A stretch of 64,000 nt of DNA from an uncultured Gemmatimonadaceae bacterium (GTDB taxonomy: Bacteria; Gemmatimonadota; Gemmatimonadetes; Gemmatimonadales; Gemmatimonadaceae): contig CAVXGK010000002.1 in assembly GCA_963761305.1 (NCBI GenBank), forward strand, positions 672,001 through 736,000. The letters are read 5' to 3'. Below are positions 28,800 to 39,292 of the stretch, in pieces (the stretch's first letter is position 1; every line of letters starts with the position of its first letter). The notes under the pieces were generated by a model that did not search any database, was not told the DNA's origin, and was given only the letters and a program-made list of their open reading frames with translations. The translations under genes and the position numbers were made by a program.

Positions 28800-30392
28800 A
28801 GTGCAGGGTAGGCACAGAGCGCGTGGCGCCCGCTTCGCAATCCGGTCTTCCGCAAGCTGCTGCTTGCCGACGTGGTGTCGGACGTCGGCACGTTCATGCA
28901 GACGGTCGGCGCCGCCTGGCTCATGGTCTCGCTGCACGCCGGCCCGATGTACGTCGCGCTCACGCAGACCGCGTCGGCGCTCGCGTTCTTCGTGTTCGCG
29001 CTCCCGGCGGGCGCCATCGGTGACATCGTCGATCGGCGCAAGCTCATTCTCTATACCGAGACGTGGATGGCGAGCGTGGCGATCGTCATCACCGTCGTCA
29101 CGTTCGGCGGCGCGATGACGCCGTGGCTGCTGCTGTCGCTGACCTTCGCGCTCTCGGCCGGCGACGCCATCGAGTCGCCGACGTGGCGCGCGGTGCTTCC
29201 CGAGCTCGTGGGCAAGGATGACCTCGCGGCGGCGTCGGCCCTCAACGGAATCGAATTCAACTTTGCGCGGGCGGTTGGCCCCGCACTGGCGGGCGTCGTC
29301 ATCGCCGTGGCCGGTGTGGGTGTGGCGTTCGCCATCAACGTGCTGTCGTTTGCGGGCGTGCTGACCGTTGTCGCGCGGTGGAAGCGGCCCGCGACCCGTC
29401 GCACGACGCCGCCCGAAACAGTCGTGGGCGCGATCGTCGCCGCGGTGCGGTACGTTCGATATTCGCCGGCGTTGCGCCGCGTCATGTTTCGCGCGGGCGT
29501 GACAATGTTCTTTGCCAGCGCGCTCCTCGCGCTGTTGCCGTCGGTGGCGCACGGCGTGAGCGCAAGCCCGACCGGGTACGGAGTCCTGTTGGGTTGCTTC
29601 GGGGCGGGCGCCGTCCTCGGCGCCGTGGTCTTGCCACAGGCACGATCGCGCTGGTCGACTGAGGTCGTTGCTTCAGGCGGCATCGTGGTCGTCGGCCTGG
29701 CGACAATCGCCGCGGGGTTGGTCCACGTCATGGTGATCCTCGCGGCGTTGATGCTTGTCGGGGGCGCGGCGTGGATCGTGTTCATTTCGCTGGTCAACGC
29801 GTTGATGCAGATTCTCGCTCCCGATTGGGTCCGGGCGCGGGTGCTTGCCGTGTTCCTGCTGGTGTTTCAAGGAAGCCTGGCCGCGGGAAGCGCATTCTGG
29901 GGAACGGTCGCCGCGCATCGCAGCATTCTGTTCGCGCTCGTTGGCGCGGGCGTCGGAACGATCTTGTCGGTGGCGCTGGCGCGCCTGGCGCGATTGCCGG
30001 ACACCACTGCCGACGCCAGTCCGTGGAACCACTGGCGCATGCCGGTGCCGCCCGAAGGCGGGCAGCCGGCGCTCGACGATGGGCCGGTGTTGGTGACCGC
30101 CGAGTACACCGTGCCGGACGCACAGGTGGATGCGTTTCTCGAAGCGATGCACGAATACGCCCGAGTCCGACGGCGGGACGGCGCCTATCGATGGGGAATT
30201 TTTCGTGACATCGAGAAAGCCGACCTGTACGTCGAGACGTTTCTCGTCAGCTCGTGGGCGGAGCATCTCCGCCAGCACGCCCGGTCGACGGCCGCCGATC
30301 AAGCCATTGAGAGTCGAGTGTTTCGCTACGCAACCGGCACGAGTGTGGTGCGACACTTCATCTCCGCGGAGACGGTGACGCACGCGTCCTAG
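28780..30392 (+). CDS. MFS transporter (MFS_3/DUF894 type); apparent frameshift near 28810
   Basis: SAWRPLRNPVFR..VSDVGTFMQTVGAAWLM, GDIVDRRKL, C-terminal RRRDGAYRW..ETFLVSSWAEHLRQH; main frame hits TAG at 28809, likely start TTG 28780 is in another frame. Confidence 0.88.
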
Positions 30393-30576
30393 GACAAAAG
30401 TGATATCTCATTTAGGCCGTTCGCCGGATTGTCGCGTGGGACCGGCCCCGGCACCATTCCTCCGCGCGCGTCGAGATCGACGTCGTAAGCGAACGGATAC
30501 AACGGAGGCTCGCGCTATGACTTTCGACGGATGCCGCAACGGCCGGCGGCTATGGCTCACGCACTATCTTAGACAG

Positions 30577-31699
30577 ATGTCTCCCCGTCGCGCCACCGAG
30601 AACGGCCTCCGTCGCGAACGAGTGTCGGCGTCGCCACAGTTCAACGGCCGAGTTTTCAAGAATACCTATCCCGTGTCGTCGGGGCTCAAGCCAGGCGTCG
30701 AGCGTCCAACGATGCGCGAGTTCCTCTGTCCCGACGAGAACCGCATTCCGTCGACGCCATTGCCGCTCGTAAACCCAGTTCCATTCTGGGACACGCCGCC
30801 CTCGTCCGGGCTGCGTGTGACATGGCTGGGGCATTCCACGCTGCTCATCGAGATCGACGGCGTGCGAATCCTCACCGATCCGGTCTGGAGCAATCGTGCG
30901 TCGCCGTTGCCATTTGCCGGTCCGAAGCGCTTTCATCCGCCTCCGGCCGCGCTCGATGCGCTACCGCCGCTCGACGGCGTCATTCTGTCGCACGACCACT
31001 ACGACCATCTCGATCGCTCGACGATCCTGTCGCTCGCCAAGCTGCAAACCCGGGCACGAATCATCACATCGCTCGGTGTCGGCGAGCGGCTCGAGCGCTG
31101 GGGAATCCCGCCGCAGCGGATCACAGAACTGGACTGGTGGGACGAGACCGATCTCAAGGGCGTTTCGATTACGGCTGCGCCGGCACAACACTTCTCGGGG
31201 CGAGGGATCAAGGATCGCAACGCGACGCTGTGGTCGTCGTTCCATTTGCGCGGACCGCGACACTCGTTCTTTTTCGGCGCCGACACGGGACTCACGCCCG
31301 AATACGATGACATCGCGCGGCGCCTCGGCCCATTCGACATGGTCGCGCTCGAGATAGGCGCGTATCACCCGTCATGGGGCGACATCCATCTCGGACCCGT
31401 CAATGCATTGAGCGCGTATGGGCGCCTCGCCAGCGGCGGGTTTCTGCCCATTCATTGGGGGACGTTCAACCTCGCGATACATCCCGTGGAGCGAACCGGC
31501 GGAGACGCTCCTCCGACTTGGCACGGCGGCCGCTGTTCCCCTGATCATGCCGAAGCTCGGTGCGCCTGTGGAGCCTGACCGGTCGAATGGGGGAGGGGTC
31601 GATCCATGGTGGCGTGCCGTTTCGAGCGCTGCTCCAGAGCCGCTTGCCGAGCGGGACGCGCCGGAGAGTACGATGGAAGTCGAGCGGATGATGGATTGA
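30577..31699 (+). CDS. MBL-fold metallo-hydrolase (NAPE-PLD/RomA-like); frameshift near 31484
   Basis: TWLGHST, TDPVW, SHDHYDHLD, IGAY, PIHWGTF; continues HPWSEPAE in another frame (extra C). Confidence 0.9.
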
Positions 31700-31710
31700 C
31701 CCGGTCAGGT

Positions 31711-32712
31711 TCACCGCGCGACGCGCAGGACGACCCTACCCAGCAGGTGTCCCTTCTCGACCATACGGTGCGCTTGCGCCGCCGCGCCGAGCGGAAACTG
31801 CTTGGCGATTGGCACGATCAACGATGGCTTGTCGAGCGCGCGATTCAGACGGGCGAATTCCTTCACACCCGGCTTGGCGTCGTAGGAAACGAGTTTGATG
31901 CCGCGCCGCTTGCGCGGCGCCGGCTCGATACCGTTTGGATACGCGACGCGCCCGCCGCGACGGAGTGCCGCGATGCATTTCGTGAGCACGTTGCCGCCGA
32001 TCAGCCCGAGGACGGCATCGACGCCGTCGGGGGCGAAGTCGAATAGTTCATCGCCGACGTCGGCCCGTTTTCCGTCGATCGCCACGTCAGCGCCGAGTCG
32101 TTGGGCGAGGGCGCAGCCGTCCCTGCCGGAAGCGATCGCGAGGACCGCCGCGCCACGTTGTTTCGCGAACTGAACAGCGAAGACGCCCACATTGCCGCTC
32201 GCGCCGACTACCACAACACTCTCATCGCGTTTGACCTCGAGGGCGTCGTCGATGCCCTGAAGTGCAGTGAGCGCGACGGCCGGCAACGCACCGGCATGGA
32301 GAAGGTCGAGTCGTCTCGGAATCCGCGCGACGTTCTGCTCGGGCACGGCGATGTACTCGGCGTAGAACCCATCTTTCGCGGGGTCGAACAAGACGCCGTA
32401 GACCTTGTCGCCGACGCGGATCCGTCGCGCGCGAGCGCCGCGAGCCACGACAGTGCCCGACCCGTCCATGCCCAGGACGAGAGGGAAGCGCACTCCCTCG
32501 GGCCACAACGCGCCGGTACGCACCTCAGGATCCCAGGTGCCGACTCCGGCCGTATGCACGGCGACAAGAACGTCGCGAGGGCCGAGGCTCGGAATCGGGA
32601 GCTCGTGAGTCTTCAGGACGGACGGAAGCCCGAACCGGTCAATTGCAGCCGCTCGCATCGTCGTTGGAAGCGATCGGCGGGTGGGCCGGGTGCGTTTCTT
32701 CCGCGTTCTCAT
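31711..32712 (-). CDS. NADP-dependent MDR-family oxidoreductase
   Basis: MRAAAIDRFG, FPLVLGMDGSG, GASGNVG, GRVVL. Confidence 0.92.
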   Translation of the reverse strand: MRTRKKRTRPTRRSLPTTMRAAAIDRFGLPSVLKTHELPIPSLGPRDVLVAVHTAGVGTWDPEVRTGALWPEGVRFPLVLGMDGSGTVVARGARARRIRVGDKVYGVLFDPAKDGFYAEYIAVPEQNVARIPRRLDLLHAGALPAVALTALQGIDDALEVKRDESVVVVGASGNVGVFAVQFAKQRGAAVLAIASGRDGCALAQRLGADVAIDGKRADVGDELFDFAPDGVDAVLGLIGGNVLTKCIAALRRGGRVAYPNGIEPAPRKRRGIKLVSYDAKPGVKEFARLNRALDKPSLIVPIAKQFPLGAAAQAHRMVEKGHLLGRVVLRVAR

Positions 32713-32853
32713 GAAGCCCTGACGTCCGCAACCTTTACGCCGGAGTGACGCGGTCATCGAACAGGAGACGGAACCCCGCGGGTGACATTGGCTGGCGGTG
32801 CTATTGTTTCGAGAGCGAGCAGTTCACGACTACCACTGACACGGGCGGCGACC

Positions 32854-33357
32854 ATGGCGAACGCGACGGAACAAGCGCTCTACTCGACCAAGAACGACCT
32901 ACCCGAGAACACGCGGGTCGAGGTCGTTGGACTGTTGAACCAGCGGCTGGCCGACTGTATCAACCTTCAGTTGCAAACCAAACAGGCGCACTGGAACGTG
33001 AAGGGCCCGTCATTCATTGCGCTGCACAAGCTGTTCGACGAGGTGAATGAAGCGGTGGGCGAGTACGCCGACCTGATCGCGGAGCGCATCGTGCAGCTCG
33101 GCGGCATCGCCGAAGGGACGGTGGGCGCCGTGTCGACCCGGACAGGACTTTCGGACTATCCGGTCGCGAAACTCGACGGCGCCGAGCATGTGGCTGCGCT
33201 GTCGGACGGCTTGTCCCAGTTCGGGCGAACGGCCCGCATGGGGATCGAAGAGATGAACGAACTGGAGGACGCCGATAGCGCCGACATTCTCACCGAGATC
33301 TCGCGCGGCATCGACAAATGGCTGTGGTTCGTCGAGGCCCATCAACAGTCGGCATGA
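32854..33357 (+). CDS. dps: DNA starvation/stationary phase protection protein Dps
   Basis: KQAHWNVKGPSFIALHKLFDE, DLIAERIVQLGG, DKWLWFVEAH. Confidence 0.97.
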   Translation: MANATEQALYSTKNDLPENTRVEVVGLLNQRLADCINLQLQTKQAHWNVKGPSFIALHKLFDEVNEAVGEYADLIAERIVQLGGIAEGTVGAVSTRTGLSDYPVAKLDGAEHVAALSDGLSQFGRTARMGIEEMNELEDADSADILTEISRGIDKWLWFVEAHQQSA

Positions 33358-33447
33358 ATAGCGGTATGGGCGCGGCGTGGGTGATTTGAGAGACGCCGGC
33401 CATCATTCGACCGGCTCGGAAGGAAATTCAGAGCGCCCGTTACCGCG

Positions 33448-34860
33448 CTATGGTTGCCAACCGCCTCCGAGAGCGGCGTACAGTTGCACCAGGGCCAGTA
33501 GCTCGTTCAACCGGCCACGCGCGAGCGTCAGCTCGGCGTTGAAGGCATTGGTTTGGCTGGTCAACACCTCGAGGTAGCTCGCCACGCCGCCACGGTAACG
33601 AATGTCAGAGAGACGCGCCGCGTCTTGCGTGGCGGCCACGAGTTCGGTCAGCTGCCCGCGAAGCTCGCGCGTCTTCTGATAGCCCACGAGCGCGTCGGAC
33701 ACCTCCCGGAATCCTTGCCGCACCGTTTGCTGATAGGTGTAGACGAACTCCAGTTGCTGCGCTTCGGTGAGCCGGACATTGGCCTTGAGACGACCGGCAT
33801 TAAAAATCTGTTGCACGACGCCGCCTGACACGGTCCAGAGCACGGCTGGACCGGAAAACAGCGCGGAGAGCGCGTTGCTCTGGAGTCCGCCCGTCGACGT
33901 CAGCGTGATCGCGGGGAACAGGGCCGCCTTGGCGACGCCGATGCGCGCCGTCGCCGCGATCAACGTCTGTTCTGCCTCACGAATGTCAGGCCGGCGCTCG
34001 AGGAGACTCGACGGCAGACCAGCCGGAACCTCGGGAGGTTCCGGTTGATCGACCAGCGGACGGCCACGTGGAATCGGCCCCGGATTCTGCCCGAGGAGAA
34101 TGCTGATCGCGTTCTCCTGCTGCGTGATCAAGCGCTCGGTGTCGGTGATCACCGAGGCTGCCGTGGCGACGAGCTGTTCGGCCTCGCGCACGTCCACCAT
34201 CGAGACGATGCCGCCCGCCTCTTGCGTACGAGTGAGACGCAGCGATTCCTGGCGCGCGGTGAGTGTGCGTCGCGCGATCTCGAGCTCGAGGTCCAGCTCG
34301 CGCAGCGTGAAGTAGCCCTGCGCGACGAGATCGACCACGCTGACCAACACGGCGCGCGCCGCCCACTCGGTACCGAGCAGGGTTGCCCGTTCCGCGTCCG
34401 TGGCGCTGCGGAACTTGCCCCAAAAATCGATCTCCCACGCCAGCGTCGCATCGAGGTGATAGACGGCTTGGGTCGACGCGGGAAGGGGGAATCCGCCCTG
34501 ACGGCTCGCCGGCGTTCGCTCTCCCGTAGTCGTGGCGTCAGCCACGACGGTGGGGAACTGATCGGCGCGGGTGATGGTGAGCTGGGCGCGCGCCTGGAGG
34601 ATGCGTGCGGCCGCGATGCGAACGTCGTAATTCTCGGTCAACGCTTGGGCGATCAGCCTTTGCAATTCCTCGTCGCCGAACACCTCCCACCACTTTGCCT
34701 CGCCGAGCGACGCGGAACGGACGGAGTCCGCCGACGCTCCGCGAAACGTGGCCGGCGCGTCGATCGGCGGCCTCTCGTAACGTGGCCCCACCGTCCTGCA
34801 CGCGAACGAGAACGCGACGAGCACGCCCAGCGGGAGGACACCGCTACTGCGCGTTGCCAT
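33448..34860 (-). CDS. RND efflux outer-membrane lipoprotein (NodT/OprM family)
   Basis: Lipobox FAC, WWEVFGD, WEIDFWG, PSSLLERRPDI, LYAALGGGW. Confidence 0.95.
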   Translation of the reverse strand: MATRSSGVLPLGVLVAFSFACRTVGPRYERPPIDAPATFRGASADSVRSASLGEAKWWEVFGDEELQRLIAQALTENYDVRIAAARILQARAQLTITRADQFPTVVADATTTGERTPASRQGGFPLPASTQAVYHLDATLAWEIDFWGKFRSATDAERATLLGTEWAARAVLVSVVDLVAQGYFTLRELDLELEIARRTLTARQESLRLTRTQEAGGIVSMVDVREAEQLVATAASVITDTERLITQQENAISILLGQNPGPIPRGRPLVDQPEPPEVPAGLPSSLLERRPDIREAEQTLIAATARIGVAKAALFPAITLTSTGGLQSNALSALFSGPAVLWTVSGGVVQQIFNAGRLKANVRLTEAQQLEFVYTYQQTVRQGFREVSDALVGYQKTRELRGQLTELVAATQDAARLSDIRYRGGVASYLEVLTSQTNAFNAELTLARGRLNELLALVQLYAALGGGWQP

Positions 34861-37800
34861 CGCCGGAGCCTTGTACGACGACGGGTTGCTTCGTGGAGCG
34901 TCGCCGCGCGCGCGCGCTGAGGTTCTCCACGAAGACGAACATCGCCGGGATCAGGAAGATCGCCAACAGCGTCGCCGCCAACATGCCGCCGACCACCGTC
35001 GTGCCAAGGATGCGCCGCCCGGCGCTGCCGGCGCCCGACGCGATCGCCAGTGGGATCGAGCCCATGATGAACGCGAACGACGTCATGAGGATCGGCCGAA
35101 ATCGCAAACGCGCGCCGTCGAGGGCCGACTCGTCGATCGAGCGTCCGCTATCGTAGTCCCGCTTCGCGAACTCGACGATCAGGATTGCGTTCTTGGCCGA
35201 CAGGCCGATGAGCATGATCAAACCGATCTGCACGTAGACCGCGTTCTCCATGCCGCGGATCGTGAGGGCGAGGAACGCGCCGAACACGGCGACCGGCAAG
35301 GTGAGCAACACGCTGAAGGGAAGGGACCAGCTCTCGTACTGCGCGGCGAGGATGAGAAAAACGACGAGGAGGGAGAGGCCGAACACCACCATGGGCGAAA
35401 CGCCCTCTTCAGCCAGCTGTTCCTGAAACGACATGCCCAGATACCCATAGCCCATGTCCCGCGGCATCGTTTGGGCGAAGGTTTCTTCGAGCGCGTGCCT
35501 TGCCTGTGCGGAACTGTACCCCGGCGCCGCGCTCGCGATGATCTGAGCGGAGCGGTATCCGTTGTACCGCATCGTGAACTCTGGACCGGTCGAGTCTTGC
35601 ATGCGCGTCACGGCGGACAGCGGTACGCGCTGACCATCGGCGTTCGTTACGTAGAACTGACCGATGTCCTCGGCGCGCCGTCGATATTCACTGTCGGCCT
35701 GGACGTAGACTTGCCACTGCCGCCCGAATCTATTGAAGTAGTTGACGAACGCGCCGCCCATGAACGCCTGCATGGTTCGATAGACGTCGGACAGATTCAC
35801 GCGTTGAGCGAGAACCCGCGCGCGGTCAACGTCAACGTAGACTTGCGGGATGTCGGCCAGGAGTGTGGTGTTGAGGTTCGTCAGCTCGGGACGCCGTCGA
35901 GCCGCCGCCATGAACCGATCGGTATTGGCGGCGAGAAACTTGATGTCTCGGCTCGTGCGATCCTCCAGCACGAACGTGACACCGCCTGACGTGCCGATTC
36001 CCGGTATCGCCGGTGGCGGAAAGGAGAATGCCACGCCTTCGACGAGCGTGGAGAGCTCGCGATTCAGTCGTTGTTGAATCGCGTCAGCCGTCGGCCGGTT
36101 TCCCCAGGGCTTGAGCGTGACGAAGAAGAAGCTGTTGTAGGTTGCCTGCACCTGGCTGAACAGGTTGAATCCCACGACGCTCGTGTAGCCCTGCACTCCG
36201 GGCGTGTGCTTCATGATGTCTTCGATCTTGCGCGCCGCCGCGTCGGAGCGTTGCAACGACGCGGCGTTGGGCAACTGCAGCGCAACGAACGCATAGCCCT
36301 GGTCCTCCTGCGGGAGAAACGTCGAGGGCACGCGACGCGCGACCAGGTACGCGCTCACCGCAACGAGCGCGAGGAATAGCAACATCATCGCCGATCGCTG
36401 GATCAGCAGACCGGAGATCCGGATGTATCCGTTCGTGGTGGCGGTAAAGACCCGGTTGAAGCCTCCGAACAACCGACCGATGAGTCCGCGTCCTTTCTCG
36501 CGAGGGCGCAGCAGCTTGGCGGCCAGAGCGGGGCTCAGTGTGAGCGCGTTGAACGCCGAGAGCACCACCGACAGGGCGATCGTCAACGCGAACTGCTGAA
36601 ACAACCGTCCACTGATTCCGGGAATGAACGCCGTCGGTACGAATACCGACGCCAGAATCAACGCGATGGCGATCACCGGCGTCGAGACCTCGTCCATGGC
36701 TTTCAACGCCGCGTCGTGCGGTGTCATGCCTTCATCGATGTGACGCTGCACCGCTTCCACGACGACGATCGCGTCGTCGACCACGAGCCCGATCGCGAGA
36801 ACGAGGCCGAAGAGCGACAGGGTGTTGATCGAAAAGCCGAGCAGGGGAAAGAACGCGAAGGTGCCGACCAACGAGACCGGCACCGCGGCGAGTGGTATCA
36901 GCGTTGCGCGCACGTCCTGCAGGAAGATGAACACGACAATCGCCACGAGCCCGATGGCGATGAGCAGGGTCGTGATGATCTCGCGGAGTCCTTCTCGCAC
37001 CGCCTGGGTCGTGTCCAACGAGACTTCGTCCGCCACGTCGGCCGGAAAGCGCTGCTTCAACTCTTCCATCTCTTTCCGGACTCCGTCGGCGGTTTGCACC
37101 GCGTTCGAGCCGGGCAACTGGTAAATCGCGATCACGGCCGCCGGACTGCCGTTGTAGCGTGGGGTGAGGGTATATGTCTGCGCCCCCAACTCGATGCGGG
37201 CGACGTCGTGCAGCCGCAGCACGGAGCCGTCGGGATTGGCGCGCACGATGATCTCGCCGAATTCCTCCGGTGTCTCGAGGCGGCCTCGTGCCCGTACCGT
37301 ATAGGTGAACTCCTGGCCCCGCGGGGCCGGCTCACCGCCGATCTGGCCGGCCGGGTTGACCGAGTTCTGTGCGCCGATCGCGTTGACGATCTCGGCGACC
37401 GTCACGCCGAGCCTGGCCAGTTGATCCGGCTTGATCCAGCAACGGAGGGCGTACTCGCCACCGAAAATCTGCACGCGGCCGACGCCGGGTACGCGCGTGA
37501 GCGGATCCATCAGGTTGATGAACGCGTAGTTCGTTAGAAAGACCTCGTCGTACGTGCCCTTCGGCGAATACAGACTGATCAGCATCAGCGGCGAGGAATA
37601 CGACTTCCCCACCGTCACGCCGAACTGGATGACGTCGGTGGGCAGACTGGCGTTGGCCTGCGACGCCCGCGACTGCGCGAGGATCTGATCGGTATTCGGA
37701 TTTGTGCCGACGTCGAAGATGACGTGCAACTGCATCACGCCGTAGTTGGCGTTGACGGAGTACATGTAGCTCATGTTGTCGACGCCGCTCATCTGCTCTT

Positions 37801-37996
37801 CGATCGGCGTCGCGACCGCCTGCTCGATGGTGAGCGCGTCCGCGCCGACGTAGTTGGCTTGCACGACGATTTCCGGCGGTACGATGTCGGGATACTGCGA
37901 CACCGGAAGCTGGAGGATCGACACCGCGCCCATGATCACCATCAGCATGGCGATCACCATGGCCACGATCGGGCGGTTGATGAAGAACTTCGACAT
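34844..37996 (-). CDS. RND efflux permease (HAE1, AcrB family)
   Basis: FFINRPIVA, LAIGLVVDDAIVVVE, IGLSAKNAILIVEFA, RFRPILMTS; 1050 aa. Confidence 0.97.
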   Translation of the reverse strand: MSKFFINRPIVAMVIAMLMVIMGAVSILQLPVSQYPDIVPPEIVVQANYVGADALTIEQAVATPIEEQMSGVDNMSYMYSVNANYGVMQLHVIFDVGTNPNTDQILAQSRASQANASLPTDVIQFGVTVGKSYSSPLMLISLYSPKGTYDEVFLTNYAFINLMDPLTRVPGVGRVQIFGGEYALRCWIKPDQLARLGVTVAEIVNAIGAQNSVNPAGQIGGEPAPRGQEFTYTVRARGRLETPEEFGEIIVRANPDGSVLRLHDVARIELGAQTYTLTPRYNGSPAAVIAIYQLPGSNAVQTADGVRKEMEELKQRFPADVADEVSLDTTQAVREGLREIITTLLIAIGLVAIVVFIFLQDVRATLIPLAAVPVSLVGTFAFFPLLGFSINTLSLFGLVLAIGLVVDDAIVVVEAVQRHIDEGMTPHDAALKAMDEVSTPVIAIALILASVFVPTAFIPGISGRLFQQFALTIALSVVLSAFNALTLSPALAAKLLRPREKGRGLIGRLFGGFNRVFTATTNGYIRISGLLIQRSAMMLLFLALVAVSAYLVARRVPSTFLPQEDQGYAFVALQLPNAASLQRSDAAARKIEDIMKHTPGVQGYTSVVGFNLFSQVQATYNSFFFVTLKPWGNRPTADAIQQRLNRELSTLVEGVAFSFPPPAIPGIGTSGGVTFVLEDRTSRDIKFLAANTDRFMAAARRRPELTNLNTTLLADIPQVYVDVDRARVLAQRVNLSDVYRTMQAFMGGAFVNYFNRFGRQWQVYVQADSEYRRRAEDIGQFYVTNADGQRVPLSAVTRMQDSTGPEFTMRYNGYRSAQIIASAAPGYSSAQARHALEETFAQTMPRDMGYGYLGMSFQEQLAEEGVSPMVVFGLSLLVVFLILAAQYESWSLPFSVLLTLPVAVFGAFLALTIRGMENAVYVQIGLIMLIGLSAKNAILIVEFAKRDYDSGRSIDESALDGARLRFRPILMTSFAFIMGSIPLAIASGAGSAGRRILGTTVVGGMLAATLLAIFLIPAMFVFVENLSARARRRSTKQPVVVQGSGDGNAQ

Positions 37997-37999
37997 GAG

Positions 38000-39151
38000 T
38001 CAGTAGCCCGCGGGTCGGCCGAACGGCTTGGCGGCGACCTTGATGCCCGCCTGGGCTTTTTGGGTGCCTTCGACCACGACGACTTCGTTGGGTTGGAGCC
38101 CGCGCGTGATCACCCAGAGTGAATCGATGCGCGGACCGACCGTGACCGGCTGAATGCGCACCGTGCTGTCGGGCTCGAGCACCATGACTTGGTACGTGCC
38201 CTGTAACTCGGTGACCGCGCGCTGGGGAACGAGCAAGGCGTGGCGTTGAACCGACGTCGCGGCGCGAATGCGGGCGAACTGCCCGGGCCGAAGCAGCCGT
38301 GTGGGATTCGGAAACGACGTCGCGATGCGCAGCGTGCCGGTCAGTGAATCGAGTTGCCGGTTGGCGAAGAGAAACGAGCCGCTGTGAGGATATTGTGAAC
38401 CGTCGGCCAGCGTGAGCTCGAATGCCAGGACACGGTCGCCGTCGCCGTCGTTGGCGACAACCTCGCCATGCATCCGGTCGGCGACCTCGAGATACTCTTG
38501 CTCGCTGATGGCGAACCACGCCTTCATCGGCTCGATTTGCGAGACGGTCGTCAGCACGCTGGTCGAAGAGACGAGGTTGCCGATCTGCACCTCGGTGATG
38601 CCGACGAGTCCATCGATCAACGAGCGAACGTGGGTGAAGCCGAGGTTCAGCTCGGCCTGACGAACGGCGCCGCGCGCCGTCTCGACGGCGGCGTCGGCCG
38701 CGTTGTGCAGCTGGACGTCGTTGTCGAGCTGGCTCTGGGGAATGGCCCGCGCTTCGGCGAGCGGGCGATCGCGCGTGACGTCTCGAGCCGTGCGACGCTC
38801 ATCCGCGATGCGCGCCGCCAGATCGCCGGCCGCTTGATCGAGGGCCGCCTGGAACGGGCGGGGATCGATCTCGAACAGCACTTCACCCTTCCGGACAAGC
38901 GAGCCTTCGCGAATTCGTTGCGCGATGAGATAGCCGTCCACGCTGGACCGAATCTGGGCGTTGCGGTAGCCGTCGAGCGTTGCGACCCATTCGCGGTAGA
39001 TGGGCACGTCTCGCTGCTGCACCCGGACCACTTCGACGACGGGCGGAGCCGAAGGCGGCGGTGCCTTTGGCTGCCTGCACGCCAACACGAGCACGATGAA
39101 GCCCGTTCGAACGACGGTTCGGCTGTGAAGCTGATGACGCTCCGATCTCAT
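38000..39151 (-). CDS. RND efflux periplasmic adaptor (MFP)
   Basis: Lipobox VLAC, EGSLVRKGEVLFEID, LRPGQF, LVPQRAV. Confidence 0.95.
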   Translation of the reverse strand: MRSERHQLHSRTVVRTGFIVLVLACRQPKAPPPSAPPVVEVVRVQQRDVPIYREWVATLDGYRNAQIRSSVDGYLIAQRIREGSLVRKGEVLFEIDPRPFQAALDQAAGDLAARIADERRTARDVTRDRPLAEARAIPQSQLDNDVQLHNAADAAVETARGAVRQAELNLGFTHVRSLIDGLVGITEVQIGNLVSSTSVLTTVSQIEPMKAWFAISEQEYLEVADRMHGEVVANDGDGDRVLAFELTLADGSQYPHSGSFLFANRQLDSLTGTLRIATSFPNPTRLLRPGQFARIRAATSVQRHALLVPQRAVTELQGTYQVMVLEPDSTVRIQPVTVGPRIDSLWVITRGLQPNEVVVVEGTQKAQAGIKVAAKPFGRPAGY

Positions 39152-39292
39152 TGACGACGGTTTTCGTGCAGGGGAGTCGCGACGGCGCGCGAGCGCGTCC
39201 ACCGCGCGTGCAACATGTCGGCCGTCGTACGTTCGGCGGTACGTCTGCGCCGGGCTCGAGGCGCGCGCGAATTATGCAGCGACGCTGGGACC

